The notes under the pieces: model-generated
The model's database searches: none
Told to the model about the DNA's origin: nothing
The model's input: the letters and a program-made list of their open reading frames with translations, nothing else
Made by a program: the position numbers and the translations under genes
Part shown: positions 50,408 through 63,074 of the stretch, one piece after another
How positions within the stretch are numbered: position 1 is the stretch's first letter
Layout: each line of letters starts with the position of its first letter
From: Podarcis pityusensis
Taxonomy: Eukaryota
Strand: one strand, 5' to 3'
DNA: 64,000 nt
Assembly (NCBI GenBank): GCA_964106645.2
Contig: OZ067042.1

Positions 50408-50863
50408 GTGAGTTGCGAGGCAGGGAAATTCTAACCTATTAACTAACCCGTGAACACGCTCAGTCCTCTATCCCTTGGTGAGAGCTGTCTGCACGGTGTA
50501 GGCCACTCTGCTACCCCACCTTGATTGTAGGGAGGATCCATAGCTCAGGAGTAGAACCCACACTTTCTATACAGCAGGTCCCTACTTTAATCCTTGGCCT
50601 CTCAAAAGCGCTCCTATGTAGCAGTATTGGGAAAAATCTGTCCCTAAGACTTTGGAGGGGTGCTACCAGTATTGTAGACAAAACTGAGCTAAGCAGATCA
50701 GAGGGTTTGGCTTAGAATAAATCAGCTTCCTGCAAACGTAGACTGTCTGGCCTATGTCTTGAAAGGGAGAAGGTGATTGAGCCCTACCTGCCTACAAGCC
50801 TTTGCTAGATTTTCCTGTGTTTGCCCAGTTTATTTATCTCCCTCCTGTACCCCTCCCACCCAG

Positions 50864-51030
50864 GAACCTGCTGGCTAACCCCTTCAACTGCAATTGCCGC
50901 CTGGCCTGGTTGGGCGACTGGCTTCGTAGGAGGAAGATTGTGACTGGGAACCCCCGCTGCAATAATCCGGACTTCCTACGCCAAATCCCACTGCAGGATG
51001 TGGCCTTCCCCGACTTCAGGTGTGAGGAAG
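50864..51030 (+). CDS. SLIT1: SLIT1 exon 20 (167 nt, LRRCT of D3): [55 protein letters not shown]
   Basis: cccag|GAACCTG...GAAG|gtaact. Confidence 0.96.
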
Positions 51031-51545
51031 GTAACTCACAGGCTCTCAGTGGGGATGAGGAGGATGGGGAGGGAGCAATTAAGCAAACTGAGACTATGAT
51101 TGTATAGCAGGTGTATCTCCCCACAGACCCACATAAGGCCCTATTTGAGTTTCCACTAGCAGACCAGTTGGGAAGGCTGTTGTGGTTGAACGAGGTTGAT
51201 ACTCCCATTAAGCCATAAATGTCCAACCCTTTTCCCTGTCCAGAGTTGTTGTAATATGAATTTAAACCAACAGAGGGCACACAGGAAGTCATTACGGAAA
51301 ATGGGAATGCCATGTATTAAGCCAGATTTTGAAAACGCTGAATGTCCATTAGCCCAGGCTGCACAGTGTGTGGAAAGTGCCTTGGCCCTCAAATCTTGCA
51401 GTAGCAGTTCACACATGGAAATGAGTTTCCTCACACAGATCAGCTGAAGTGGGAGAAACCCAAAGGCTGCTGTAAAGGGCAAAGAAGACTGCAGCCACTA
51501 ATGAAATGATGTGGTCGCCCCATTCTGAAAAGTTGTGGGAGATTT

Positions 51546-51548
<3 letters not shown>

Positions 51549-51586
<38 letters not shown>
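51549..51586. repeat. (GT)n microsatellite
   Basis: Direct reading. Confidence 0.95.
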
Positions 51587-51589
<3 letters not shown>

Positions 51590-52445
51590 CATGTATGTCT
51601 TGCAATCTTCTTCTTCTCGTACTGTCTCCTCAGTTGGCATGGCCTTTTTTGTTGTCCCAGCATGGGCACTGGTCAAGCTCAGCAGCAATTACATGGACAT
51701 GCCTAGCAGTTTTTGTATTGCCTGGTGGCTTCAAACTAGACATAAACTGAAACATAGCACAAATCTTGTCAAGGATGCAGCAGGTCCCCACTTATGTAAG
51801 GGGCTGTGCTGCCATGGTTAGGAGTGGTCTCAAGGTGTGTCCCCCCCCAAAGTCAATTAATTGGTTAAAAGCAAGGCAATTTAATCAGCTATTTAACCAC
51901 TCAGTATAAATAAGTACAGTATCTTAATGCAGGAAATATTTTTGGAGATGTTTAACACAGCGCCACTTTACCAAATAGGTAAATCATTAACTGTCTAGCA
52001 AATCATCTTAAGCCGTTGGCCCTGGTCCAAACAGCAGCTTCTGATATGGTGCATCTATGCAGGGTGTGTAGGGGTGGCTGCTGTGGGGGGGGGGGGAATT
52101 AACAGCTCCATAGCTTTTCCCATGTGCTTCTGAGAATTGAAACCCTTGTGTAAATCAATAGGAGGACATAGATGTCAAAGGGACCTTTCACACTCTTTCC
52201 AATTAAGAGCTGCGTTTTATTTGCAATGAATTAATCACACCAGTTGATTAATATTCTCAGTTCTAATTGCTGCTGATGCCTTTGGCCCTTTGATAAAGTG
52301 GGACACTTTATAATGGTGATATAAGGGCAGACTGAAATCTAGATTTCCCTGGAGAAACATAGGATAATGTCTGCTTTCAAGATCTCCTATTCCATCACCA
52401 TGCTGTCTCTTTCCACTGTGAACCCTTTGGCTTGTGCCTTGGCAG

Positions 52446-52578
52446 GTCAGGAGGAGACAAGCTGCTTCCCACGCCCTCAGTGTCCCCAGGAGTGCACTTG
52501 CCTAGACACTGTTGTTCGCTGCAGCAACAAGCACCTGAAATCCCTCCCCAAAGGGATCCCCAAGAACGTCACAGAGCT
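52446..52578 (+). CDS. SLIT1: SLIT1 exon 21 (133 nt, LRRNT of D4): [44 protein letters not shown](L)
   Basis: ggcag|GTCAGG...GAGCT|gtgagt. Confidence 0.96.
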
Positions 52579-53211
52579 GTGAGTAATGCTGCCTGGGCCC
52601 TTCTGCTGACGCTGCATCCGGGAAGAAGGGGCAATGTGGGAACTGGCAAGTTGCACCCATGGATGAAGGGGCTGGGAACAGCCAAGTGAGGGGCATGCAG
52701 CTTTACACCTTGCACTGTTCTGCAGATCATCCTCAAAAGCTAAACACTGATCCAGTGCATGCCACATTCTCTGTGGGTTCAAAACTGGAAGCCACTGAAC
52801 TCTGAAGGGATTTTTTATTTAGGGGAGTGAGTTCTGTGGCAGGTGGAAGGGGCCTGTAGTACTGTTATATTACTCTGCAGCGTTAATGAATCCAATGTTG
52901 ATACCCAGCGTTGATACCCTAGAATCAAACATCTGGAAAACTGGAAGAAAGCAAGGCAGCCTGAGACAAACATAGTTTCAGATTTAGGAGAGCCCGTATG
53001 CCACCCTGTTAGAAATACAGGCATTTGCAAGTACAAGATAACTCAGATGGTTCTCCCTTAGCTGGCACCATTAACAGAGGAGCAGGGGCAGTGCTTATTC
53101 CTAGTTATAGCTTCTAGGTTTAGAGCCCTTTGAACACCATTGTTGGAAGTTTAACAGTCCTCTCCTGAATTGCTGCTGTGACCTCTGATGCATCCTACAT
53201 TGTCCTTGCAG

Positions 53212-53280
53212 CTACTTGGATGGCAACCAATTCACCCTGGTTCCTGGACAGCTCTCCACCTTCCGTTACCTACAGCTGGT
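53212..53280 (+). CDS. SLIT1: SLIT1 exon 22 (69 nt): [22 protein letters not shown](V)
   Basis: tgcag|CTACTTG...CTGGT|gtaagt. Confidence 0.95.
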
Positions 53281-54714
53281 GTAAGTATCTGAGAAGAAGT
53301 GGCCTCGCGTGGGTCCCCGAGAGCTTGCCATAGTCTTTTTTCAGAGAGGCAGGAGATGGGCTGTGGCCTTTTCTCAGACATTTGTGCAGCATGTCTGTGG
53401 AAATTTTTAGACCAGGCCTAGGTGGGGAGTGGTGCAACTCGTACCTTAGTGGACACTGATCAACTGATTTGGCTCACATGATATCAGCCTTTGACCAGTA
53501 CAGAGGGGCTGGTTGGGGGTACAGGAGATCTTTGTGGAATCAGGTGACCATTCTGTTTTCAGAATAAAGAGAATAAAGCAGGTTCAGAAAGGCCAAGTGG
53601 CACCCAGATGTTGTATCTCCCACCTGGTTCTTCCATCAAAATGCAAAAAAGTCTTTTCATTAAAACACACACATACCATAGAGCTAAATGGAAGCAGAGA
53701 AGCTTCTGAAAAACAACAAGAGCATAGTCAAAGAAGCTAGCATGGAGGATAAGAAATAATTTTTGCCTAAGGGAGAATTTGAGGGGAGGCATAGGACCCA
53801 TTCTGAATTACATAAAATTATGCTTAACATATTAGCTTGTACAGCTGAAGAGGAGGTGAGAGGTGTAAGGCAAGAAAATTAACTATTAAATGTTTTTAGA
53901 TTTTAGTTGCCTTGGTTATGGGGTCAGATTCCCAAAAGAGGCTAAAATGCAAATGCCGTACAACTAAAAAAGCTGGATTCTCTTGAGCAAGGTGCAGTTA
54001 ACTCAGCTCAGGATATTGGGTGAAGTAAATAATTCTAAAAATGCCATCAGTCCATCTGACTTGGGATTTGGAGTTCATCCATCTCTCTATTTACTTTGGT
54101 TTCCCTGGACATTAGAATAGCTTTGCTTTTCTGCTAAGGCACTGTGAGTCCTTTAGGAACTGATTTCAGTTCCCAAAGAGGTAGATTACCCTTCTGGCAT
54201 CTCTCTCATATGTGGTTCCTGGAATTTTCTGAATGATAGCCTTTTCCCCTGCCCCATTGACCCCACCTCACTGACTTTTCATCTCAAATGTTTGTTTATT
54301 GCCAAAGGACCCTTCACAGTTTATTTTATTTGCTGGCTGTTGAAATGCAGCTGAGTCTAAGTCTTAAGTACACTGACTCCAAGATTCACTCCATGCTCTG
54401 CAGGTCATCTTGTGGCTTTCCCTGGCCTTCAGAGCATGTGCACTGCTAGATTTCCTTCTTCCTACATGATACAGTTTATCAAGATTCCTTTCTAGAGCAC
54501 CAGACAGAGGAGAGATTAGAAGAATTAGCTGACATCATGCAGTCATCGGCCCAGAGCTGTTGCCAAAGGAGAAGGCAGATTTGAAGGTGCCACCAGGGCT
54601 GTATCTGCTGGATGTTCAGTCTGTGGAGCCACTGTTCACATGAGAGTGTCCTTAGATATGCAAAAGACTGTAGAGTTTGAATGCAGAAATCTGGGAAGGA
54701 CAGAATTGTTCCAT

Positions 54715-55050
54715 CCCTGTTTTCTCCAATGGAAATAAGGACATCCCATTCCATAATGATTATTTTACTATTTTTACCCCACACATCTTATTGGGTTGCC
54801 CCAGCACTCTGGGCAGCTTCCAACATACATTTAATAATAAAACATTAATTTTTAAAAAAAAATCTTCCCTGTACAGGATTGCCTTCCAGTGGCTTGGAGG
54901 TTGGATAACTCCATATACCCTCCAACATTTCTCCAATGAAAATAGGGATATCCTAAGGAAAAGCAGGACATTCTGGGATCAATTCAGAAACCAGGATGGC
55001 TTCTCTAAATCAGTGACTTCCCTGGAAAATAGGGACACTTGGAGGGTCTG
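54715..55050. mobile_element. Composite hAT (Blackjack-like) element enclosing an L2 3' fragment
   Basis: Repeated tttctccaatg(g/a)aaata(a/g)gga motif, right end gggacacttggagggtctg, internal antisense L2 tail (ccccagcactctgggcagcttccaac). Confidence 0.55.
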
Positions 55051-55109
55051 TTCTATAGGAAGAGAGAGTTAAATGTGATGTGAGCTTGCACAGTGCTTTT
55101 GTCTTACAG

Positions 55110-55181
55110 GGATCTGAGCAACAACAAGATCAGCTCTCTCAGCAACTCATCCTTCACCAATATGAGCCAGCTCACCACTCT
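55110..55181 (+). CDS. SLIT1: SLIT1 exon 23 (72 nt): DLSNNKISSLSNSSFTNMSQLTT(L)
   Basis: tacag|GGATCTG...ACTCT|gtgagt. Confidence 0.95.
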
Positions 55182-56595
55182 GTGAGTGCCCAATACAGCA
55201 TTTGAACAGCAGATCAGAAAGGGAGGATGTCCTACTGCCTCCAGCAAAAAGAGGCCTCCTCTACAGGGAGAGAAATGCCTTTTTAAATGACTGATGTTAC
55301 AGTATACTGGCTTATACTGTGCAAAGCAGGGTAGAAATGCCATTGATCCCTGGGGTCTACTGCCGGGCCAAAGAGAACATCAATTGATGGGGTGGCAGTT
55401 GCTGGTTCCAGCTAACTAAACAGGAATGCATGCCTCCTGCAATTCATTCTTGTCTACAAGGTGTTCTGTGACAACAACTACTTATAATCTGGAATTTGCT
55501 TAAATCCATGTGACCCATACACATGTACTCGTCTGTTCCCATCCTGATATTAGCTTATAAATCCTAAAGCTGCTACATCATCATAAACGTTAGGTTAGGA
55601 GGTTTCTTTCTGTTCTATTGACTGTGGTGTTCAGTTTCTGAGTTCCAAGCTTAAGGGTCAACCAGAAGGGCTAGAAACTTATTTTCATTTAAAAGACAAA
55701 TATATGACTGAACACTTCAGTCAATAAATACAATTAAATTGTTTTCTGGCAGCCAGAGCCTTGAAATTACAGGATTTTAGTGGGATTTCAGTCATCCCAA
55801 TTGAAAGGGGGCTGGTGACACATATTGTTGATTGATAATATATTTAAAATCATCTTAGCAGTAAATAGAATGCCACTGCTATTTAATTGAAAGACACCTA
55901 GCCATTAAAAAAAAAAAAAAGTTGAACTGAATAGTTGAACTGAGTTGAATAGAAGTAATGTAGAAAGTAAAAATCCTTCATTGGCCAGCAGACCCTATTA
56001 TTTTCTGTGTTGCCATCAAAGTTGCAATTTTAGACTCATGCCAACTACTTGACGAATCTGGAGAGAGTATGAATTTCATGGGTTGTTAGCATCATCATTG
56101 AGTGGAATCTAACCATAACCCAAGAACACACTGTGCCCCAGTTTATGTGAGTTGCCCATTAGAGAATCTTGAAAGAAACAATGGCTTGGCTCCTAAGGTG
56201 TGCTAACTTAGGGAACTTCAGAGAAGGAAATTTTCCTGTCCCCCCCCCCCTACTGTGCCCGGCAAAAAGCCTGTCAGTAGGCTTGGTGGGGGTGTCTCCT
56301 GAACAATGGGGGTTTGGGCACAGAGGTTTGCTGGGGGAGGAAAGGCCAGGAGGGTTTCCTTCTGTGAATTTTCTTACATTAGCTTACCTTAGGAACTGAG
56401 TCCAATTTTAGGGAGGCCACCCACCCCACTTGCAGGAGAAGCATTTTTGATGGGCACAGGGAGCAGGAGGGAAGAAACTTTCCTTCCTTTAACTAATAAG
56501 GGGCTAGAGGAGGGATATCAGACAGTATGTGGGCTGGGGTTTTTTTAAGGAATGTGTGATGATTCAAACTCTTCCTTCTCTCCCCCATCCCTCAG

Positions 56596-56667
56596 GATCC
56601 TCAGCTACAATGCCCTGCAGTGTATCCCTCCCCTGGCCTTTGAGGGTCTCCGTTCACTACGGCTGCT
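56596..56667 (+). CDS. SLIT1: SLIT1 exon 24 (72 nt): [23 protein letters not shown](L)
   Basis: ctcag|GATCCTC...CTGCT|gtaggt. Confidence 0.94.
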
Positions 56668-57154
56668 GTAGGTACCTTGTGTTCCTGTATTCCCCTCTGC
56701 CCCTGTTCAAGGAGAATCCCCTCACTGGAGTCTGACTTTGGCCTAATTCCTGGGAAACTGTTACTTTAAGAAGTGAGCAGCCAGGCAATTGGTAGTGGAG
56801 GGAGAACAATGGGCTGAGGAACCCTCCACTTTCTTAGTTTGTGTGTGTTATGTGTCATATGGACATCCACTTTGCTCTCCTTGTTTCTTTGGCCAGTTAG
56901 GGCTCAGCCACACATCATCTGGGCACAGAGGAGGCAGTCTATCATAAGTCCGCGGGTTCGTAATCCAGTGCTTGACATATGATGCAGATGGTATAGGGGG
57001 AAGGAGTTTAAGTCTATAAACCCCAGTTCCTGACTTCCCTGGTTTTAGGCAGATCATGCTCCCCTAACCTTCTTAAAGGGTCCATCACAACAGGTAAGAC
57101 AGGTGGGTCCCGCAGTCCAGGATACTGAAAATGCTGCTTGTGTTTTGTGCACAG

Positions 57155-57226
57155 GTCGCTCCATGGAAATGATATTGCTACACTTCCTGAGGGGATATTT
57201 GCTGATGTCATCTCCCTATCTCACCT
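57155..57226 (+). CDS. SLIT1: SLIT1 exon 25 (72 nt): [23 protein letters not shown](L)
   Basis: cacag|GTCGCTC...CACCT|gtgagt. Confidence 0.95.
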
Positions 57227-57614
57227 GTGAGTAGTTGCATCAGTTTGAACACCCAGTCTTTCCTCTTGCATGAGAATCCCAGCTTGGCGCTACTACCTGA
57301 TGCTCTGTGGGACAGTACTTGGAAGGCAAAAGCTAGAAAGCATCCTTTGTTTCCCGTTGTTTATCCACCAGGTCAGAGAATGATGCTAGGCAGGGGTAAA
57401 GCCTATTTTGATTTTGGTGTGATGGCTGCCTTGGCTGACATGATGGCAGACGTAGTGTGCTCTGCATGCTGAACAGCAGCAGGAACTAGTCTGATTCTGC
57501 TTTCTTGCAATGTTGCTGAAGTTCCTCCTGGCACCTTTTATCAGGAGGCAGTAACCAAGCTTGCAGTCCTGTAGTTTGCACCTCTTAAGTAAGGTAAAGG
57601 AGTTAGCATGCGTG

Positions 57615-57620
<6 letters not shown>

Positions 57621-57647
<27 letters not shown>
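57621..57647. repeat. (CA)n microsatellite
   Basis: Direct reading. Confidence 0.95.
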
Positions 57648-58415
57648 CAGGCTGTACTGGCTCTTAATACCCAGTTGACTGTGGGTGGGGTGGGGGAAGG
57701 AAGTTGGGGAGGAAGTTGCGTTGTGCCTCTTGTCTTCTACTGCACTTCAGAATAATGCAGGAGAAACCAGCGTAGACCAGCACCCCAATGCTCAGAACTA
57801 TAAAGCACTGCAACAGACTCTACCTGGGTTAGAGTCTAAGGAGAAGGATGGGGAAAGGTACATTTGGGGGAAGACTGGGGTATGTTTTTTGTTTAGGGTT
57901 TTTCCCCTCACAGGACCCTCAGCCTGCAGAGCAATTTCAGTCTTCAGAGTAAATTGTTTCTCAATTTACATACATCTGAAAAGATTTTAGATATGCTAAT
58001 AAGCAGCATCTCTAGGCAAGGCGGCAACCCTAGGGACTACCTCTATGTGTGTTCATCACTCAGCACCCGCACCCTGAAGTGATGAGTGGTACCAACACCC
58101 TGCATTTCGGTGGCCGCAATTTGCACATTTAGCTGCATCGTATTGAGTGATGTTGTCAGGAACTGAGATAGCAAGTTGCAAGCCAGCATGTGTGAATCAT
58201 ACCTTTAAGAACAGTAAGAAGAAAGAGAGAGACTACCTCAGATTGCAGCTATGTTGCTCTATGAGGGCAGTTTCAGAGTCTGAAAATAGAAACCTTACTT
58301 ATTAATCAGTTCCAGGGCCACTAGAGGCAGCCAGAGAGATCAAATGCAATGAATGACAGTCCCCCTCCAGACCTTAAGGAGTTATGTAGAGATTCTGGTT
58401 CTCCCTGCTTCACAG

Positions 58416-58579
58416 AGCCATCGGTGCCAACCCACTGCACTGTGATTGCCACATGCGCTGGCTCTCAGGCTGGGTCAAAACTGGCTACAAAGAGCCTGGC
58501 ATTGCCCGCTGTGCTGGCCCTGCGGATATGGAGGGCAAACTGCTGCTCACCACTCCTGCCAAGAAGTTTGAGTGCCTAG
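58416..58579 (+). CDS. SLIT1: SLIT1 exon 26 (164 nt, LRRCT of D4): [54 protein letters not shown]
   Basis: cacag|AGCCATC...CCTAG|gtaagt. Confidence 0.96.
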
Positions 58580-59620
58580 GTAAGTGAATAGATACTTTAT
58601 AGGATACTTTATACTTTATTCATTTTGTAGAGCAGCTTTGTCCAAACAATGGCTCTTTCTGGTCCACCCTACCCTGCCCAGTTGCTCTTTGGCCCTCTTC
58701 CCTTTCCCAACCAAACTGGGACCGAGGTTGAGGCACCTTAGCTCCAAGGCAGGTCAGGTGAACAGTTTGGGTAACTCCAAGTACTATAGGGCTTGGGCCT
58801 GTTGGTTGAGCATGAGGCACATAGTGAGGGAGCATGAGGGTTGTTAATGTGCGAGGAGGGGGGAGATGAAAGGAAGAGCTTTATGCTAGTGATTGGAACT
58901 GTGGTGAGGCTTGTGCAACTTCTGTGTTGCACCACATTGCCCACACATGTGCTACTCCTATCATGTTTGGTCCATAGTGTTGAGAAGGTAAGATGAGTGT
59001 CTTGGTGAAGGAAAACCTGGAGGAAGGACACAGGCTGGAGGCTATGTTGCCTCCTCCTTCCATAGCCTTCTCATCCAGCTGAGTCACTAGAGACAAATCC
59101 ATCCTAGCTGACGTGGTAAGAGTGTCTATATAGGAGCACTCCAACTGTTCGCATCTTCCAGCTTGTTCCTGGCCTCTCTATATGTCAAACCCCATTGGAC
59201 TGTTTGTTCATTGTCCAAAGGTCTTTCCCATCAGTTGCCACCCAGCCCCCCCTTTTTAAAAACTGAAGGAGCCAGGGATTGAACCTAGGAAATTCTGCAT
59301 GCAACGCATGTGTCCCAGCACTGAGCTATAGGGCCTACTATTTAAAGAAGAAAAACAAGTAAGCACAACCTGGCTTTGTGCCACGGAGTGGGGTGGGCAG
59401 GCTCTCCTTTCAGAACTCCTCCATCTGTTAATATATATTCAGCTCCACCATTAATCCGTTTGCGATCTCCTCTATGTTTCTGGCAAGTGCCTTGCAAAAG
59501 ATTCTGGCCAAGAAGGGGGACAGTCTTCACAGGAGGATGTGTGGAAATCCTCCCTCCCGTTCAGTGATTCTTTGGCTCTGACCCCAATTCCTAGTTGTCT
59601 GGTTTCTTTCATCTATGCAG

Positions 59621-59745
59621 GGCCTCCTCCCCTCATCATCCAGGCCAAGTGTAACCCCTGCCTCTCCAGTCCTTGTCAAAACAGGGGCACATGTCAACAA
59701 GACCCTTTGGACTCTTACCGCTGTATCTGCTCCAGTGGCTACAAG
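59621..59745 (+). CDS. SLIT1: SLIT1 exon 27 (125 nt, EGF1): [42 protein letters not shown]
   Basis: tgcag|GGCCTCC...ACAAG|gtgaga; EGF cysteine pattern. Confidence 0.95.
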
Positions 59746-60377
59746 GTGAGAAGAGGGATGGGGAGGAGGAGAGGGGTGACTAGGGAGGGTGAAGAGATCA
59801 TTGACAAAGGGAAGGATTGGGCTTTCTCCCTGCTTTGGGGACCATAGCCTCTGACAGCTTGTGTCAACCAAAAGAAAAAGGCTCAGAGAAGGACCAAGAC
59901 ATGGTGGAAGGAACCCATTCTCCAGTTTGACAACCAGCCTAGTTTATCACTGCCATCAGGAATGGGCGAGATACACTCTCAGTCCCTACTGATTGGACCT
60001 AGAGCTGCCACTATTTCTGGGGGTGGGAGTGGGGAATGTGGAACTGGCTGTTTCATCTGAACGTTCGCCAGATGTTTTGCACTAGCGTGCCCATTGTCCC
60101 TGATCATGATGGAAACTGAACTTCAAAACTTACAGAGGACGCTTGGTTGGGAAGGCAGCTCTTGACTCATAGCTATAAAGGAAATCCTGGTGGCGAAAAC
60201 AAGCAAACCCAAAAAGGACAGCCTGCATTATGTATAGGCAGCAATTCCTATTATTATTATTTTGTTCTTTTATGGCTGATGAGCAAGGACCTGAGACTGA
60301 GAAACCTCACGTCCTGGCCAGAGCTTTATCATTTGTTCTTTGTATTGTGGCTGCTACTTCGCCTTGTCTTATTCCAG

Positions 60378-60475
60378 GGCCAAAACTGTGAACTCTCTGT
60401 GGATGGCTGCTCCAGCAGGCCCTGTGAGAATGGTGGGACCTGCCTGTCTCACGAAGGCAGTGAAGCCAGCTTCAC
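60378..60475 (+). CDS. SLIT1: SLIT1 exon 28 (98 nt, EGF2): [32 protein letters not shown](T)
   Basis: tccag|GGCCAA...TTCAC|gtgagt. Confidence 0.94.
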
Positions 60476-62662
60476 GTGAGTGGCTGCTCAGGTTCTCAAA
60501 TGGGGGGAAATGGTAAAGATTTCGGTAGGGACTTTGGGGAAGAGTTTAGGGCAAGAATTAGAAGAAAGCAAAAGGAAGAGTGTGGGGCATGATAAGGAGA
60601 ATAAAGAGAGCAGGTCTCCCTAAGAAAGAGGAACCTGATGGGGCTTGAAAGGAGAAAATAGGGGGAAGGGGAGTGTGGGTTGGCCGGCTGATGGGCTTGA
60701 GAGAGTTTCATACCTTGTTCTGTGAGGCTTTGGTGGTATGTGGTGGAGATGAGAGCACCTCTTCAGCAGTAAAAAAAGGGGAGAGGAGGAGGAGGAGAAG
60801 TGGGAGTCCACAGGGATGTTACTGGGCAGAGAGAGATGAGGGAGGTCTCTTTGATATCCAAAGGATTCCTAATTGTTAAGGCAAAAAGCATCATTTTTTA
60901 TGCTTACCTTGGGCTTAAAAATTAGCATAAAAGCAAAGAAGGCAAAACCTGTCTTCCTGGCAGTGAATGAATGTAAAGAAATTAAAATGGTGTCTAAGAT
61001 GTTTGCAAAATGGCTTCTTACAAATGCATCTTAATCTGCTGCTTATATGAGGTGGAGAAAAGAGATTAACGTATCTTTTGGACTCTGCAGACAAGAGCCT
61101 CAGGCGATCAAAACTTCTTGATTAGTAATCGTGAGAGTGATATTTTGGTGGCCATATCCTTGTTTATGGTGCTCTTTCGTTTACTTCTAAATTTACAAAT
61201 TATAAGGGAGGAATGGCAGAGATTTACAGTGAAAGGAGACAATGAATTTGCCAGGGGCTTGTGCAGCTCAGCTTGCTTGGAACATGTGAGCTTGGCTTTC
61301 TGTAATGGAGTCTCTCTTGAGGCCTCTCCAGACTAAATCCAACGTCCTTCTGAGGTGCAGGCCATCATAACAAAAGCTGGATGTTTTTAGGGGTGCTTTG
61401 TAACAGATTTGGGGGGGGGGAATTGGGAAGCATTCTGTTGATACTGTGCAAAAAGGCACTCTTTACCCTCCACCAAGATTGTCCACCACCACAATCACTA
61501 ATCCTGGAAGCCGTAGTCAGTTTCTTTCTGTAAAAATGGGTTGGGACCCGGCAGGGGAAACCTTTTAAGACATATACAGCCTCTTGGGGAGCTATAGCTC
61601 TGGTTTGCAGTTGGACCTCAATGCACAGGGCTCCTCCCCACTTCACTCTCCAGAGTACAGTGTGGGTGGCTTTCTGGGAAACAGACCATAATTAGTGGCT
61701 GAAAATAAACCACAGGCAGTAGAGAGAGAATGGGGCCCTAGCCCTTTCTGTGTACCCAAATTGCCAAGATGCTAAATGGCCTCTCATCCCGTCACCATAA
61801 CAACCCAGCATCTTCAAAGCCAGCACATAATGTCCTTTGGGGGTTGACAAAGCTGTTTGCCTGCACATGCCAGACTAGATTCTGCCTTTGGGGAAAGGTA
61901 GTAGGCAGGGAGATGAGCCCTCCAGGAAAGGATATCAGGACCCTCAGCCTGCAGAGCAATTCAATATGCCAGAGACGGAAGGTCATCAGTTCTTCCACCT
62001 CTGATTCCTCTTCCAGCTAAATAGGCTACAGGCAGTATAAATGGAAATGACAGCATATGCAGCACACACTCACCTGTGCTTTTAGTACAGCAACCCCCCC
62101 CAACACACAAATATATGTGAATGCAATGCGTCTCTTTCCTGATGTGTGCACAGATGTGACATGGTGCACGTAAATGAATATCAAGTTCAGACCCACGCAG
62201 TACACAACCAGGCACATGCATGCATACATAGCACCACATGTATTATGTGCATAGAACTGTAGATACAGCACACACACTGATCTACCTTGGGCATGCAAAT
62301 GCAGCCATAGGTATAGCTTTGAAAATTGGTTTTATTTGCCTGTTTGCTGGTTTACGTTTTTATTTAAAATAGTTGTATACCGCCCTTCATGAAAATGGAT
62401 TTCAGGGTGGTTTATATAAAAAATTCAACAACCAGAGAAAAATACATTAAACACACCCGAAACCACTTCTGAGTAGCAAGAAACAGTTAAGTGACAATAC
62501 TTAAACAAACATTTAGGCACATTTAATGTTGAGTGGCATATCCTCTGACTTCTCACATCTGTTTCTTTTTCTTGCCCATCCCAAGGGTCCTCTTTCCTTC
62601 TTCTTCTTTAACCCCTCCCCTCTCCTGCCTGTTCCACTACTCAACTTAAAGCCCCTCCAAGT

Positions 62663-62752
62663 CATAGCTGTCAACTTTTCCCTTTTCTTGCGAGGAATCC
62701 TATTCAGAATAAGGGAATTTCCCTTTAAAAAAGGGAAACGTTGACAGCTATG
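62663..62752. mobile_element. 90-bp hAT MITE, copy 2
   Basis: TIR catagctgtcaac / gttgacagctatg; TSD ctccaag(t/g); 3 substitutions relative to copy 1. Confidence 0.88.
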
Positions 62753-63074
62753 CTCCAAGGGTGTCTGCCCCAGAACTCTCCTGGAAACAATAATCTCTTT
62801 AACCCCTTCTATGTCGAGTGGCCTCCAAAGTGGATCCATCTACATCCTACCAATCAGAGATGAAAGTGTCTCAAGTTCAAGACAGTGCAATATTGAGAAC
62901 CATTGGCGGAGCATTGAATGTTCTTCTGGCAAAGCCCTGACTTCCTTTCGCGCTTCTTTGGGCTCTTTTCGAGAATGATAAAGGAAAACTGCCCACAAAA
63001 CCCCTGAAATGCTCCAAAGCGAGCAGTTTCTAGCCTCTCCGTTTGTTAAACAACCCTCATTTCCCTTTTGACAG

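Noticed and set aside
60476-63074. Second (mutually exclusive) EGF3 exon within intron 28
   Set aside because: No segment with EGF cysteine spacing and splice sites was found. A duplicate could still lie beyond the window end.
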